A program made the position numbers and the translations under genes. DNA of 64,000 bases from an uncultured Actinomycetes bacterium (GTDB lineage: Bacteria > Actinomycetota > UBA4738 > HRBIN12): NCBI GenBank assembly GCA_963704885.1, contig CAVPIB010000004.1, positions 999,261 to 1,063,260 on the forward strand, given 5' to 3'. The notes under the pieces are model-generated. The model saw nothing but the letters and a program-made list of their open reading frames with translations, did not search any database and was not told the DNA's origin. Positions 37,220 to 45,326 of this stretch are shown one piece after another. How positions within the stretch are numbered: the first letter of the stretch is position 1; the number at the start of each line of letters is the position of its first letter.

Positions 37220-38926
37220 GTGACCGACGGGCACACTGCCCCGATGGATGCGGAGGGACCCGCCGAGCTGGCGTTCGTTAACGGGGCAGTGCAAACGGTC
37301 GATGGCTCGAACACCCGCGCGCAGGCGGTTGCCGTTCGCAACGGCCGGATAGCGGCGGTCGGCTCGAACGACCTGATACGCGGGTCCAGCGGGCGTGCCA
37401 CCGAGACGATCGACTTGGCGGGCCGCTCCCTGCTCCCGGGGTTCCAGGACGCGCACATCCACCCTGGGGGCGGCGGCCTCGACCGTCTGCGGTGTGACCT
37501 CAGCCAGGTCCATGCGTTAGACCGCTACTTCGCTCTGATCCGTGCATACGCGGACACGCATCCCGACCAGCCGTGGATCCTGGGCGGCGGATGGGCAATG
37601 GACGTCTTCCCCGGCGGCACACCGGACCGCGCCGTGCTCGACGCCGTGGTGCCGGACAGGCCGGTGTTCCTGACGAATCGAGACAGCCATGCGGCCTGGG
37701 TGAACAGCGCCGCGTTGCGCCTCGCGCGCATCGACGCGTCGACGCCCGACCCCGCCGACGGGAGGATCGAGCGGAACGCATCGGGCGAGCCGCAAGGCAC
37801 GTTGCAGGAGGGGGCTATGTCGCTCGTCAAGCGGCACGTCCCGCCTGTCGCGGCCGCCGACATCGAGCGCGGCATCCTGTTGGCGCAGGAGTACCTGCAC
37901 TCGCTCGGCATCACCGCTTGGCAGGACGCGATCGTCGGCGACGGCTATCCCCCGTTCCCGAACGCCCGCGACGTTTACCCCTCGCTGGCTGCGCGTGGCG
38001 TCCTCACCGCTCGTGTGGTGGGGGCGCTGTGGTGGGACCGCGCTCGCGGTCTGGAGCAGGTCGATGAGCTGATCGAGGTGCGCGAGCGGACGACCGGCGG
38101 ACGCTACCGCGCAACCAGCGTCAAGATCATGCAGGACGGTGTGATCGAGAACCTCACCGCCTGCATGCTCCACCCGTACCTCGACCCCACCGGGACGAAA
38201 GACAACCGCGGCCTCGCCTATGTAGATCCGGGCGAGCTGCCCCGCTTCGTCACGCGCCTGGACGCCGAGGACTTCCAGGTGCACGTCCACGCGATCGGCG
38301 ACAGGGCGGTCCGCGACACGCTGGATGCGTTCCAAGCGGCTCGAGACGCGAACGGCGTCCGCGACAACCGACACCACATGGCCCATCTGCAGGTCGTGCA
38401 CCCCGACGACATGCCCCGGTTCGGCGCGCTCGGTGTCACAGCGAACGGCCAGCCGCTGTGGGCCTCCAACGACCCGGCCATGGTCGATCTGACCCTCCCC
38501 GTGATCGGCCCAGAGCGAGGCACCTGGCAGTACCCGTTCGGCGGCCTGCTTCGCGCCGGCGCCACCCTGGCGTTCGGTAGCGACTGGCCGGTCTCGTCGC
38601 CCGACGTCCTGGAGGAGATCCACGTGGCGGTGAACCGGACCACGCCTCCCGGGTTCCTGTACGCGAGCGGAGCCGCGGTCGAGGAGGAGCCGTTCCTGCC
38701 CGAACATCGGATCACGCTCGAGCAGGCGGTGAGGGCGTTCACCATGGGGTCGGCGTTCGTGAACCACCTGGACGACCGAACCGGATCGATCGAGGTCGGG
38801 AAGCTCGCCGACCTGGTGGTCCTGTCGGAGGACCTGTTCGGGCTGGAGCCGGCCCACATCACGAAGGCGAAGGTCGACATGACGTTCGTGGACGGCCGTG
38901 CGGTCTACGAGCGAACGGGATCGTGA
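37220..38926 (+). CDS. amidohydrolase-3 family (YtcJ-like) metal-dependent hydrolase
   Basis: 568 aa. N-terminal ...FQDAHIHP (HxH) and C-terminal ...LAFGSDWPV... signatures. Confidence 0.85.
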   Translation: MTDGHTAPMDAEGPAELAFVNGAVQTVDGSNTRAQAVAVRNGRIAAVGSNDLIRGSSGRATETIDLAGRSLLPGFQDAHIHPGGGGLDRLRCDLSQVHALDRYFALIRAYADTHPDQPWILGGGWAMDVFPGGTPDRAVLDAVVPDRPVFLTNRDSHAAWVNSAALRLARIDASTPDPADGRIERNASGEPQGTLQEGAMSLVKRHVPPVAAADIERGILLAQEYLHSLGITAWQDAIVGDGYPPFPNARDVYPSLAARGVLTARVVGALWWDRARGLEQVDELIEVRERTTGGRYRATSVKIMQDGVIENLTACMLHPYLDPTGTKDNRGLAYVDPGELPRFVTRLDAEDFQVHVHAIGDRAVRDTLDAFQAARDANGVRDNRHHMAHLQVVHPDDMPRFGALGVTANGQPLWASNDPAMVDLTLPVIGPERGTWQYPFGGLLRAGATLAFGSDWPVSSPDVLEEIHVAVNRTTPPGFLYASGAAVEEEPFLPEHRITLEQAVRAFTMGSAFVNHLDDRTGSIEVGKLADLVVLSEDLFGLEPAHITKAKVDMTFVDGRAVYERTGS

Positions 38927-38943
38927 GATGAGGAGGCGAGGGT

Positions 38944-39516
38944 ATGGCCGAGGTTCACGTCCTGAGTGAGGGCTACATCCGCGAGGGCGACATAGAGCTC
39001 CGAGTAGGCTCCACCGTCGGGTTCGTGAGGGACGGCGACACGTTGGTCGTGATCGACCCAGGGATGGTTCCCGGCGTCGGGTCGATCCTGGACCCGCTCA
39101 CGACGCTGGGTGTCGCCGCCGGCGACGTCACGGACGTGGTGATCTCACATCACCATCCCGATCACACCGTCAACGTCGCGCTCTTCCCGCGAGCACAGAT
39201 CCACGACCACTGGGCGACCTACCGGGACGATCTGTGGATCTCACGCCCGGCCGAGGGGTTCGACGTTTCGCCCAACGTCTCGCTGATCGAGACCCCGGGG
39301 CACACGCCTCAGGACATCACGACCCTCGTGGAGACCGATGAGGGCGTGGTGGCCTTCACGCACCTGTGGTGGATGGCCGAAGGGCCCGCCGATGACCCGT
39401 ACGCCCCGGATCTGGCGCTCCTGAGGAGCAGCCGGGCCCGGGTTCTCGACCTGGCAACGGCGATCGTTCCCGGGCACGGCCCGATGTTCACCCCCAACGA
39501 CTTCACGCCGCGCTGA
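38944..39516 (+). CDS. MBL-fold metallo-hydrolase
   Basis: ISHHHPDHT motif and a later ...TPGHTPQD... SD GAGGAGG upstream. Confidence 0.8.
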   Translation: MAEVHVLSEGYIREGDIELRVGSTVGFVRDGDTLVVIDPGMVPGVGSILDPLTTLGVAAGDVTDVVISHHHPDHTVNVALFPRAQIHDHWATYRDDLWISRPAEGFDVSPNVSLIETPGHTPQDITTLVETDEGVVAFTHLWWMAEGPADDPYAPDLALLRSSRARVLDLATAIVPGHGPMFTPNDFTPR

Positions 39517-39547
39517 GGGTCGCTGGGCATAGGATCGCCGTGCCGGC

Positions 39548-40480
39548 CTAGCCGACGAGTGCGCCCACCCGTTGCACGACGTCGCGGCAGAACGCCGCCA
39601 CATGTGACCGGTCGTCGATGAACTGCGACGGCTTGATGCAGATGGTGGTGAAGCCGCGCGCGATCTGTTCTGGGATGGACGCGAGAGCCTGATCCAGGTC
39701 GGCCACGCCCGACGCGTCAGAGAACGAGCCGCGCGTCCCGCCGAGCATCTCCAGCTCGCCCATGTCGCGGCCCGCTTCTTCCATTTCGCGCGCGAGCCGC
39801 TCCAGGTCGCCGGGATCGGTGGATCCGAGCGGGTTGAACCCGCTGCCATACGAGACCAACCGGCGGAGGAGACGCTCGTGCAGCGAGCTGCCGCCGAACC
39901 ACAGAACGGGACCTGTCGGCCGGAAGGCCTTGGGTTCCAGGTAAACATCGGCGAACCGGTAGTGTGCCCCTTCGAACGAGGCGGGACTCTGCCCCCACAA
40001 CGCGCTCCAGGCCGCCAGGTGCTCGTCGAGCAGCTCGCCTCGTCGCTCGAACGGAACCCCGAGCGCCTCGTACTCGGCCCGATGCCAGCTGACGGTGGGC
40101 TGCACGACCAGCCGGCCCTCGCAGAGCAGATCGAGCGTGGCGAGCTGTTTGGCGATCAGCAGCGGGTGACGAAGGGGTGGGATCACGGAGCCGGCGATCA
40201 GCCGCAAGCGGCTGGTCGCCTGCGCGATCGCGGCCAGCAGTACGAGAGGATCCGGCCACGGAGTGGCCGGATCCTGGTTGCCGACCAAGGCGTAGTCGCG
40301 CGGGTTCACCGGAAGGCCGCCAGAGTCCGCGCCACGCCCCATGACCACGTGCTCGCTGACCATGACCGCATCGAACCCGGCCTCTTCGGCCGCGACGGCG
40401 ATCCTGACCAGTCCGCGCAGGTCTCGTGGCGAGGTCATCGTCCAGTTCTCGCTCAGGAGCAACACGAGTTTGGGCATCAT
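39548..40480 (-). CDS. luciferase-like monooxygenase (LLM) family flavin/F420-dependent oxidoreductase
   Basis: TIM-barrel LLM signature ...FDAVMVSEHV... and LLM-class composition. 310 aa. Confidence 0.8.
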   Translation of the reverse strand: MMPKLVLLLSENWTMTSPRDLRGLVRIAVAAEEAGFDAVMVSEHVVMGRGADSGGLPVNPRDYALVGNQDPATPWPDPLVLLAAIAQATSRLRLIAGSVIPPLRHPLLIAKQLATLDLLCEGRLVVQPTVSWHRAEYEALGVPFERRGELLDEHLAAWSALWGQSPASFEGAHYRFADVYLEPKAFRPTGPVLWFGGSSLHERLLRRLVSYGSGFNPLGSTDPGDLERLAREMEEAGRDMGELEMLGGTRGSFSDASGVADLDQALASIPEQIARGFTTICIKPSQFIDDRSHVAAFCRDVVQRVGALVG

Positions 40481-40542
40481 CCGGCCATCCTACGGAGACG
40501 GCCCACACCCAGGTCGTAGACTCGCCGTTCGCGACCACGAGG

Positions 40543-42432
40543 GTGGTGACGACCACGGCACGAGCGCTCAGAGCGACGACGGTATTCCTGGCGGTAACGG
40601 CGATCATGGGCTCCGCGCTGATCACCCGACCGGTCCTTGCCGGCTCCTCGCCCTCTCGGACAGCCGGCTCGTCGGGGGGGGGCGGCAACGCTGGACCCCC
40701 TCTCCGCGGAGCACAGCCACCAGATTCGCTCCCCGGGATCGACGTGTCGCACTATCAAGAGACCATCAACTGGACGAAGGTGGCCGCCTCGGGGCGACGG
40801 TTCGCGATCGTGAAGGCCACCGACGGGCGTTCGTTCATCGACCCGATGTACGCCACGAACAAGGCCGAGGCTACCGCTGCGGGCCTGGTGTTCGGCGCGT
40901 ACCACTTCGCGCGTCCCGACGGTTCGGCGAACGACGCGGTCATAGAGGCCAACCACTTCGTAGATGTGGCCCAGCTCGGGCAAGGCGATCTGCTCCCGGT
41001 CCTGGACCTGGAGGTGACCGGCGGCCTCACGCCGAAGCGGCTGATCGGATGGATGCTCTCTTGGTTGGATGAGGTCACCGCCAGGACCGGCGTTAGGCCC
41101 ATGATCTACACGAGCCCATATGGCTGGGCGTCACGGACCAACGACTCGACGGCGATCGTCGACGCGGGCTACACGGTGCTGTGGGTCGCCCATTGGAGGG
41201 TGAACGAGCCGACGCTGCCGGCCAACGATTGGCAGGGTCACGGCTGGACGTTCTGGCAGCACAGCAACTGCGGCTCCGTCCCCGGGATCAAGGGCTGCGT
41301 GGACGCCGACTGGTTCAACGGGTTGTCTTTCGAAGCGGTGACGATCCCGTCGCCCGACTCCACTCCCCCGACCGCGACGCTCGCCGTCCCACCCGGCGTG
41401 AGCGGATCGGTCGACGTCCGTTTCAGCGAGATCGTGCGCGGCGTGACCTCCGACAACGTGACGCTCCGTGTGCTGGATACCGGCGAGGACGTACCGTCAG
41501 CACTCACGTGCGTCTCGAAGGACGGTCGCACGGTGGACTGCGCCACGGGGAAGATAGTCAGCGCCACCGTTCAACCGAACGGCCCGTTGATCCCCGGACA
41601 GATCTACGCGGCGACGGTGAACCCGTCCGATGCACCCGCTCCGGTCATGGATCGCAGCGACAACGTCGCGCCCACTACGGAGCAGACCTTCGGCGCCCCC
41701 TCCGAGATCGAGCAAGGGAGCGAGGCCGTCACGTACGGCTGGCGAACGGTGAAGAAGGCGGGCGCGTACGGGGGCTCCTACGTCAGTGAGCACATCGCGG
41801 GGGCGACGGCATCGTTCAGCTTCTCCGGCAAGAAGGTCACCTGGTTCACCGTGACGGGTCCGAGCCACGGGAAGGCGTCCGTATGGATCGACGGTCGTCC
41901 GAAGGGGACGTTCGATCAGTACTCGGCGTCGGTCCACACGAAGGTAGCCAGATCGTTCACGGGCCTGGCCCGGGGTCCGCACACGATCACGGTTCGCGCG
42001 CTCGGTCAGGCGGGGTCGTCCCGCGGAACGGATGCACAGGTCGCGGTTGACGCCTTCCAAGGGGGCGGGAGGATCATCTGGACGCCGCCGCTCCGAACGA
42101 CGTGGCAGCGGGCCGCCGTGACCGGCGCATCCGGGGGCAGCGTCGCCGTCGGCGATCAAGCCCGAACAACGGTCTCGCTCACGTTCCGTGGCAGCGGTGT
42201 TCGATGGCAGACCGTTCGCGGTCCCGACCAGGGTCGCGCGCAGATCTTCATCGACGGCGCGCTGGTGAAGACCTTGGACAACTACTCCGCCGACACCACC
42301 ACGGGAGTGCTGCGATCGATCACTGGGTTGACGGCGGGCGTCCACCAACTCTTGATCGTCGTGAAAGGCGAGGCCCGGCCCGCGGCGCATGGGACGAAGA
42401 TCTCCGTCGACCGGTTCTCGATCCTGGCCTGA
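40543..42432 (+). CDS. secreted GH25 muramidase (lysozyme) with Ig-like middle domains and a tandemly duplicated ~105-aa C-terminal domain
   Basis: GTG start after GAGGG. Signal peptide. The GH25 catalytic region is GIDVSHYQETINWTKV...FAIVKATDG...GAYHFARP. Two C-terminal repeats align residue for residue (..TVTGPSHGKASVWIDGRPKGTFDQYSA.. versus ..TVRGPDQGRAQIFIDGALVKTLDNYSA..). Confidence 0.8.
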   Translation: MVTTTARALRATTVFLAVTAIMGSALITRPVLAGSSPSRTAGSSGGGGNAGPPLRGAQPPDSLPGIDVSHYQETINWTKVAASGRRFAIVKATDGRSFIDPMYATNKAEATAAGLVFGAYHFARPDGSANDAVIEANHFVDVAQLGQGDLLPVLDLEVTGGLTPKRLIGWMLSWLDEVTARTGVRPMIYTSPYGWASRTNDSTAIVDAGYTVLWVAHWRVNEPTLPANDWQGHGWTFWQHSNCGSVPGIKGCVDADWFNGLSFEAVTIPSPDSTPPTATLAVPPGVSGSVDVRFSEIVRGVTSDNVTLRVLDTGEDVPSALTCVSKDGRTVDCATGKIVSATVQPNGPLIPGQIYAATVNPSDAPAPVMDRSDNVAPTTEQTFGAPSEIEQGSEAVTYGWRTVKKAGAYGGSYVSEHIAGATASFSFSGKKVTWFTVTGPSHGKASVWIDGRPKGTFDQYSASVHTKVARSFTGLARGPHTITVRALGQAGSSRGTDAQVAVDAFQGGGRIIWTPPLRTTWQRAAVTGASGGSVAVGDQARTTVSLTFRGSGVRWQTVRGPDQGRAQIFIDGALVKTLDNYSADTTTGVLRSITGLTAGVHQLLIVVKGEARPAAHGTKISVDRFSILA

Positions 42433-42475
42433 CCATCGCCGATCCGACCAGCCCGCCAAGGTAGTACGCTTGATA

Positions 42476-42495
42476 CCTCGGGCAACGCCCCGAGG
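42476..42495 (+). terminator. hairpin (7-bp stem CCTCGGG/CCCGAGG) downstream of the GH25 gene; weak U-tract
   Basis: Seen in the sequence 44 nt after the stop at 42432. Confidence 0.3.
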
Positions 42496-42596
42496 GTTCG
42501 CGTCGCGCGACCGATCGGTGGAAGCCTAAGGCTCCACCTCCTTCTCCGCCTCGACGGATCAAAGTGTGCCCTCGGGCAGGAATGAAGGGAGCGCCC

Positions 42597-42788
42597 ATGG
42601 CGACGACGAGCAGCAAGCAGGTCCAGTTCGGTCCTCCGGACCGCGGCAAAGATGCGGCGTCTCGCGCCTCCACCGGTCGCCACTGCTCAGAACCTGGCTG
42701 TGCCACGGTGCTCTCGACCTACAACGACTCCACCAACTGCTGGCTGCACTCCGCGCCGTCGTACCGGCATCCGCTAGCTCGACAGTAG
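42597..42788 (+). CDS. small Cys/His-containing hypothetical protein (63 aa), possible zinc-binding
   Basis: SD GAAGGGAG 6 nt before the ATG. ...RHCSEPGCATVLSTYNDSTNCWLH... gives C-x4-C-x12-C-x2-H spacing. Confidence 0.4.
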   Translation: MATTSSKQVQFGPPDRGKDAASRASTGRHCSEPGCATVLSTYNDSTNCWLHSAPSYRHPLARQ

Positions 42789-42819
42789 CGCCACGCCGTG
42801 TAAGCCCGATCGACGCCGG

Positions 42820-43425
42820 GTGAGCCACGACCTCACCCGGCCGATACTCTTCCGTCGCGTGCGCTCCGACCCAGATCTCCGACAGATCCTCACCGAGCGA
42901 CTGCTGTTGCGCCGCTCACGCGCCGACGACGCCGAAGCCATCTCCGCCTATCGTAGCGACCCCGATGTCCACCGCTACCAGGGATGGGATCGCACCGACC
43001 CGGACGGCGTCCGCGAGGAGATAGAAGAGATGAGCGCGCGGGCGCCCGGCGATCCTGAAGGATGGGTCCAGTTCTCGGTGGAGGAGCGCGCCACCGGGAC
43101 GCTCGTCGGCGACGTCGGTATCAGCCCCGCCGAAGGCGAACCCGGCGTGATCAAGCTCGGTTACACCATGTCGCCACCGGCTCAAGGTCGCGGCTACGCC
43201 ACCGAGGCGATCAGCGCCCTCGTCACGTACGCGTTCGAAACGCTCGAGGCCGATGTGGTCCGCGCATACGCGAGCGAGGTGAACGTCCCCTCCATCCGTG
43301 TCGCCGAGAAGGCCGGGCTCCGCCTCATCGAACGCGTCGAGCGAAGCTACGAGGGCGAGATCTGGTTCGGCGTCCGATACGAGCTCCGTCGCAAGGACCT
43401 CAGGTCGACGGGCGACCCGAGGTAG
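42820..43425 (+). CDS. GNAT-family N-acetyltransferase (RimJ/RimL-like)
   Basis: ...VGDVGISP... and QGRGYATEA (acetyl-CoA-binding motif A). Confidence 0.85.
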   Translation: MSHDLTRPILFRRVRSDPDLRQILTERLLLRRSRADDAEAISAYRSDPDVHRYQGWDRTDPDGVREEIEEMSARAPGDPEGWVQFSVEERATGTLVGDVGISPAEGEPGVIKLGYTMSPPAQGRGYATEAISALVTYAFETLEADVVRAYASEVNVPSIRVAEKAGLRLIERVERSYEGEIWFGVRYELRRKDLRSTGDPR

Positions 43426-43433
43426 GCTCGGCC

Positions 43434-43811
43434 ATGGCCTACGATGAGGAGCTCGCCGAACGGGTCCGGGCCGCTCTGGGCACCGTCGCGGGCGTGACCG
43501 AGATCAAGATGTTCGGCGGGCTCTGCTACACGGTGCGCGGTCACATGGCGGTTGGCGTCACCGGCCAGGATCTGATGGTGCGGATGGACGCAGAGGCGGC
43601 CCAGGTGGCCCTCTCCGAGCCCGGCGCCCGGCCCATGGACTTCACCGGCAGACCGATGAAGGGGTTCCTGTTCGTAGGACCCCAGGGCGTGGGGACCGAA
43701 CGTTCGCTCCAGACCTGGATCGAACGGGGCGTCTCCTACGCGTCGTCCCTGCCGCCTAAGAAGCCGAAGAAGCCGAAGGCTCCCGGATCGGGCCGAACGT
43801 CCCGCCCGTAG
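43434..43811 (+). CDS. TfoX N-terminal-domain protein
   Basis: MAYDEELAERVRAALGTVAGVTEIKMFGGLCY... matches TfoX_N. It has a C-terminal KKPKKPK tail. Confidence 0.72.
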   Translation: MAYDEELAERVRAALGTVAGVTEIKMFGGLCYTVRGHMAVGVTGQDLMVRMDAEAAQVALSEPGARPMDFTGRPMKGFLFVGPQGVGTERSLQTWIERGVSYASSLPPKKPKKPKAPGSGRTSRP

Positions 43812-43867
43812 CCGGCCATCTGCCCCCTGTCCGCTCTCCGAGCTTCGGCCATCCTTCCCCTGAGCGT

Positions 43868-43898
43868 GAAGACCGCCCGTCCCACCCGGGCGGTCTTC
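43868..43898. terminator. strong hairpin terminator (12-bp perfect stem GAAGACCGCCCG / CGGGCGGTCTTC, 7-nt loop) between convergent genes
   Basis: Seen directly. It is followed by CGTTTGCGG on the + strand. Confidence 0.65.
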
Positions 43899-43938
43899 CG
43901 TTTGCGGGGCTCGGGCTCAAGGGCGATCGACCCTCGAA

Positions 43939-44883
43939 CTACTCGCAGGCGTCGACGATCTCGCCATCGGTACACGTATCCGTTCCACCGCCGCCGGTGA
44001 GGCTGTCACTCCCTCCACCGCCGTCCAAGAGATCATCGCCGTCACCCGAGGTCGGCAACTCCATATCACCGTAGATCTCGTCGTTGCCGTCCTCGCCGAA
44101 GAGCCGGTCGTCGCCTAGCTCGCCGAAGATCAGATCGGCGCCATCACCGCCGCGGATCAGATCCGCCCCGTCCTTCGTGGAGTCGTACTTGTCGTTGCCG
44201 TCTAGCCGATCCTTCCCGGCGCCGCCCAAGATCGTGTCGGAGCCCGGTCCCCCGGCCAGCACATCGTTGCCATCGCCACCGACCAGCCGGTCCCGGCCCG
44301 CTTCGCCGGACAGATCGTCAGCCTGGGGGCTGCCAACCAGGAGATCGTCGCCCGCTCCTCCGTTCTGGACGCCGCCACCGTTCGCACCCGGCAGGCCCGG
44401 TCCGCTGTAGAGACGATCGTTGCCGGTGCCGCCCTCCAGGTGGTCGGCCCCGTCGCGACCGTAGAGAAGGTCGTTGCCGTGATCGCCGGTGATCAGGTCG
44501 GGGTCGGGTCCACCGTCGATCATGTCGTCCCCGCCGCCACCGTGGATCACGTCCGTGCCGCTCCCGCCGCAGATCCGATCGTTGCCCCCTCCGCCGGAGA
44601 TGAGGTCCTGGTTCCCGAAGCCCACGATGACGTCTGCGTGAGGTGTGCCGTAGATCGCGTCGACGTGGCTGCTGCCCACGATCGTCGCCGGCCGGCCGAA
44701 ACAGGTGGGCTGCGCGAACGCGGGCGACGCCGTCAGCGCCCCGACGAGCGCGACGGCGGATGCCGCCCCAGTAAGGACCCACCCACGTCTCACGGCATAG
44801 GTGTCGGCAGGAACGGTGCGAGCTCTTGAACGAAGATCACCTCGGTCGCAGCATCGAGCGCCCCGACCGACGGGCGCGGGCAT
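43939..44883 (-). CDS. secreted calcium-binding protein with hemolysin-type (RTX) GGxGxD nonapeptide repeats
   Basis: Start at MPAPVGRG (ATG at 44883, GGAG SD). An RR-containing signal peptide ...VRRGWVLTGAASAVALVGALTASPAFA. At least 12 tandem GGxGxDxLx repeats. An alternative GTG start lies at 44793. The upstream 208 codons of the listed ORF are antisense to arfB. Confidence 0.75.
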   Translation of the reverse strand: MPAPVGRGARCCDRGDLRSRARTVPADTYAVRRGWVLTGAASAVALVGALTASPAFAQPTCFGRPATIVGSSHVDAIYGTPHADVIVGFGNQDLISGGGGNDRICGGSGTDVIHGGGGDDMIDGGPDPDLITGDHGNDLLYGRDGADHLEGGTGNDRLYSGPGLPGANGGGVQNGGAGDDLLVGSPQADDLSGEAGRDRLVGGDGNDVLAGGPGSDTILGGAGKDRLDGNDKYDSTKDGADLIRGGDGADLIFGELGDDRLFGEDGNDEIYGDMELPTSGDGDDLLDGGGGSDSLTGGGGTDTCTDGEIVDACE

Positions 44884-44892
44884 ACTAGCTCC

Positions 44893-45324
44893 GTGATCGG
44901 TCCACTCCGCGTGACACGCTCGGTGGTCGTGCCCGAGGGGGAGTTGAGATGGCGGTTCAGCCGGTCGTCGGGCCCCGGCGGTCAGTCGGTCAACACCGCC
45001 GACTCGCGCGTCGAGCTCAGTCTCGACGTCGCCAAGACGACGGCGTTGGGTCCTGTACAGCGAGCCCGCGTTCTCGAGCGCCTGGCCGGCCGGCTGGTGG
45101 ACGGGGTCCTCACCATCACGGCCTCGGAGCACCGATCGCAACTGCAGAACCGCGAAGCCGCGCTCGAGCGGCTCGCCGCGATACTCGCGAAGGCGCTCGC
45201 ACCTCCGCCACCGCGCCGGCGTCCGACGAAGGCGAGCCGTGCAGCCGTGGAACGCCGCCTGGCGGCCAAGAAGCAACGGGCGAAGACCAAGGAGCTCCGT
45301 CGCGCAGGCAACGACGACGACTAG
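44893..45324 (+). CDS. arfB: peptidyl-tRNA hydrolase ArfB (alternative ribosome-rescue factor B)
   Basis: GTG start. ...VVVPEGELRWRFSRSSGPGGQSVN (GGQ motif) and a basic C-terminal tail. Confidence 0.85.
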   Translation: MIGPLRVTRSVVVPEGELRWRFSRSSGPGGQSVNTADSRVELSLDVAKTTALGPVQRARVLERLAGRLVDGVLTITASEHRSQLQNREAALERLAAILAKALAPPPPRRRPTKASRAAVERRLAAKKQRAKTKELRRAGNDDD

Positions 45325-45326
45325 GT

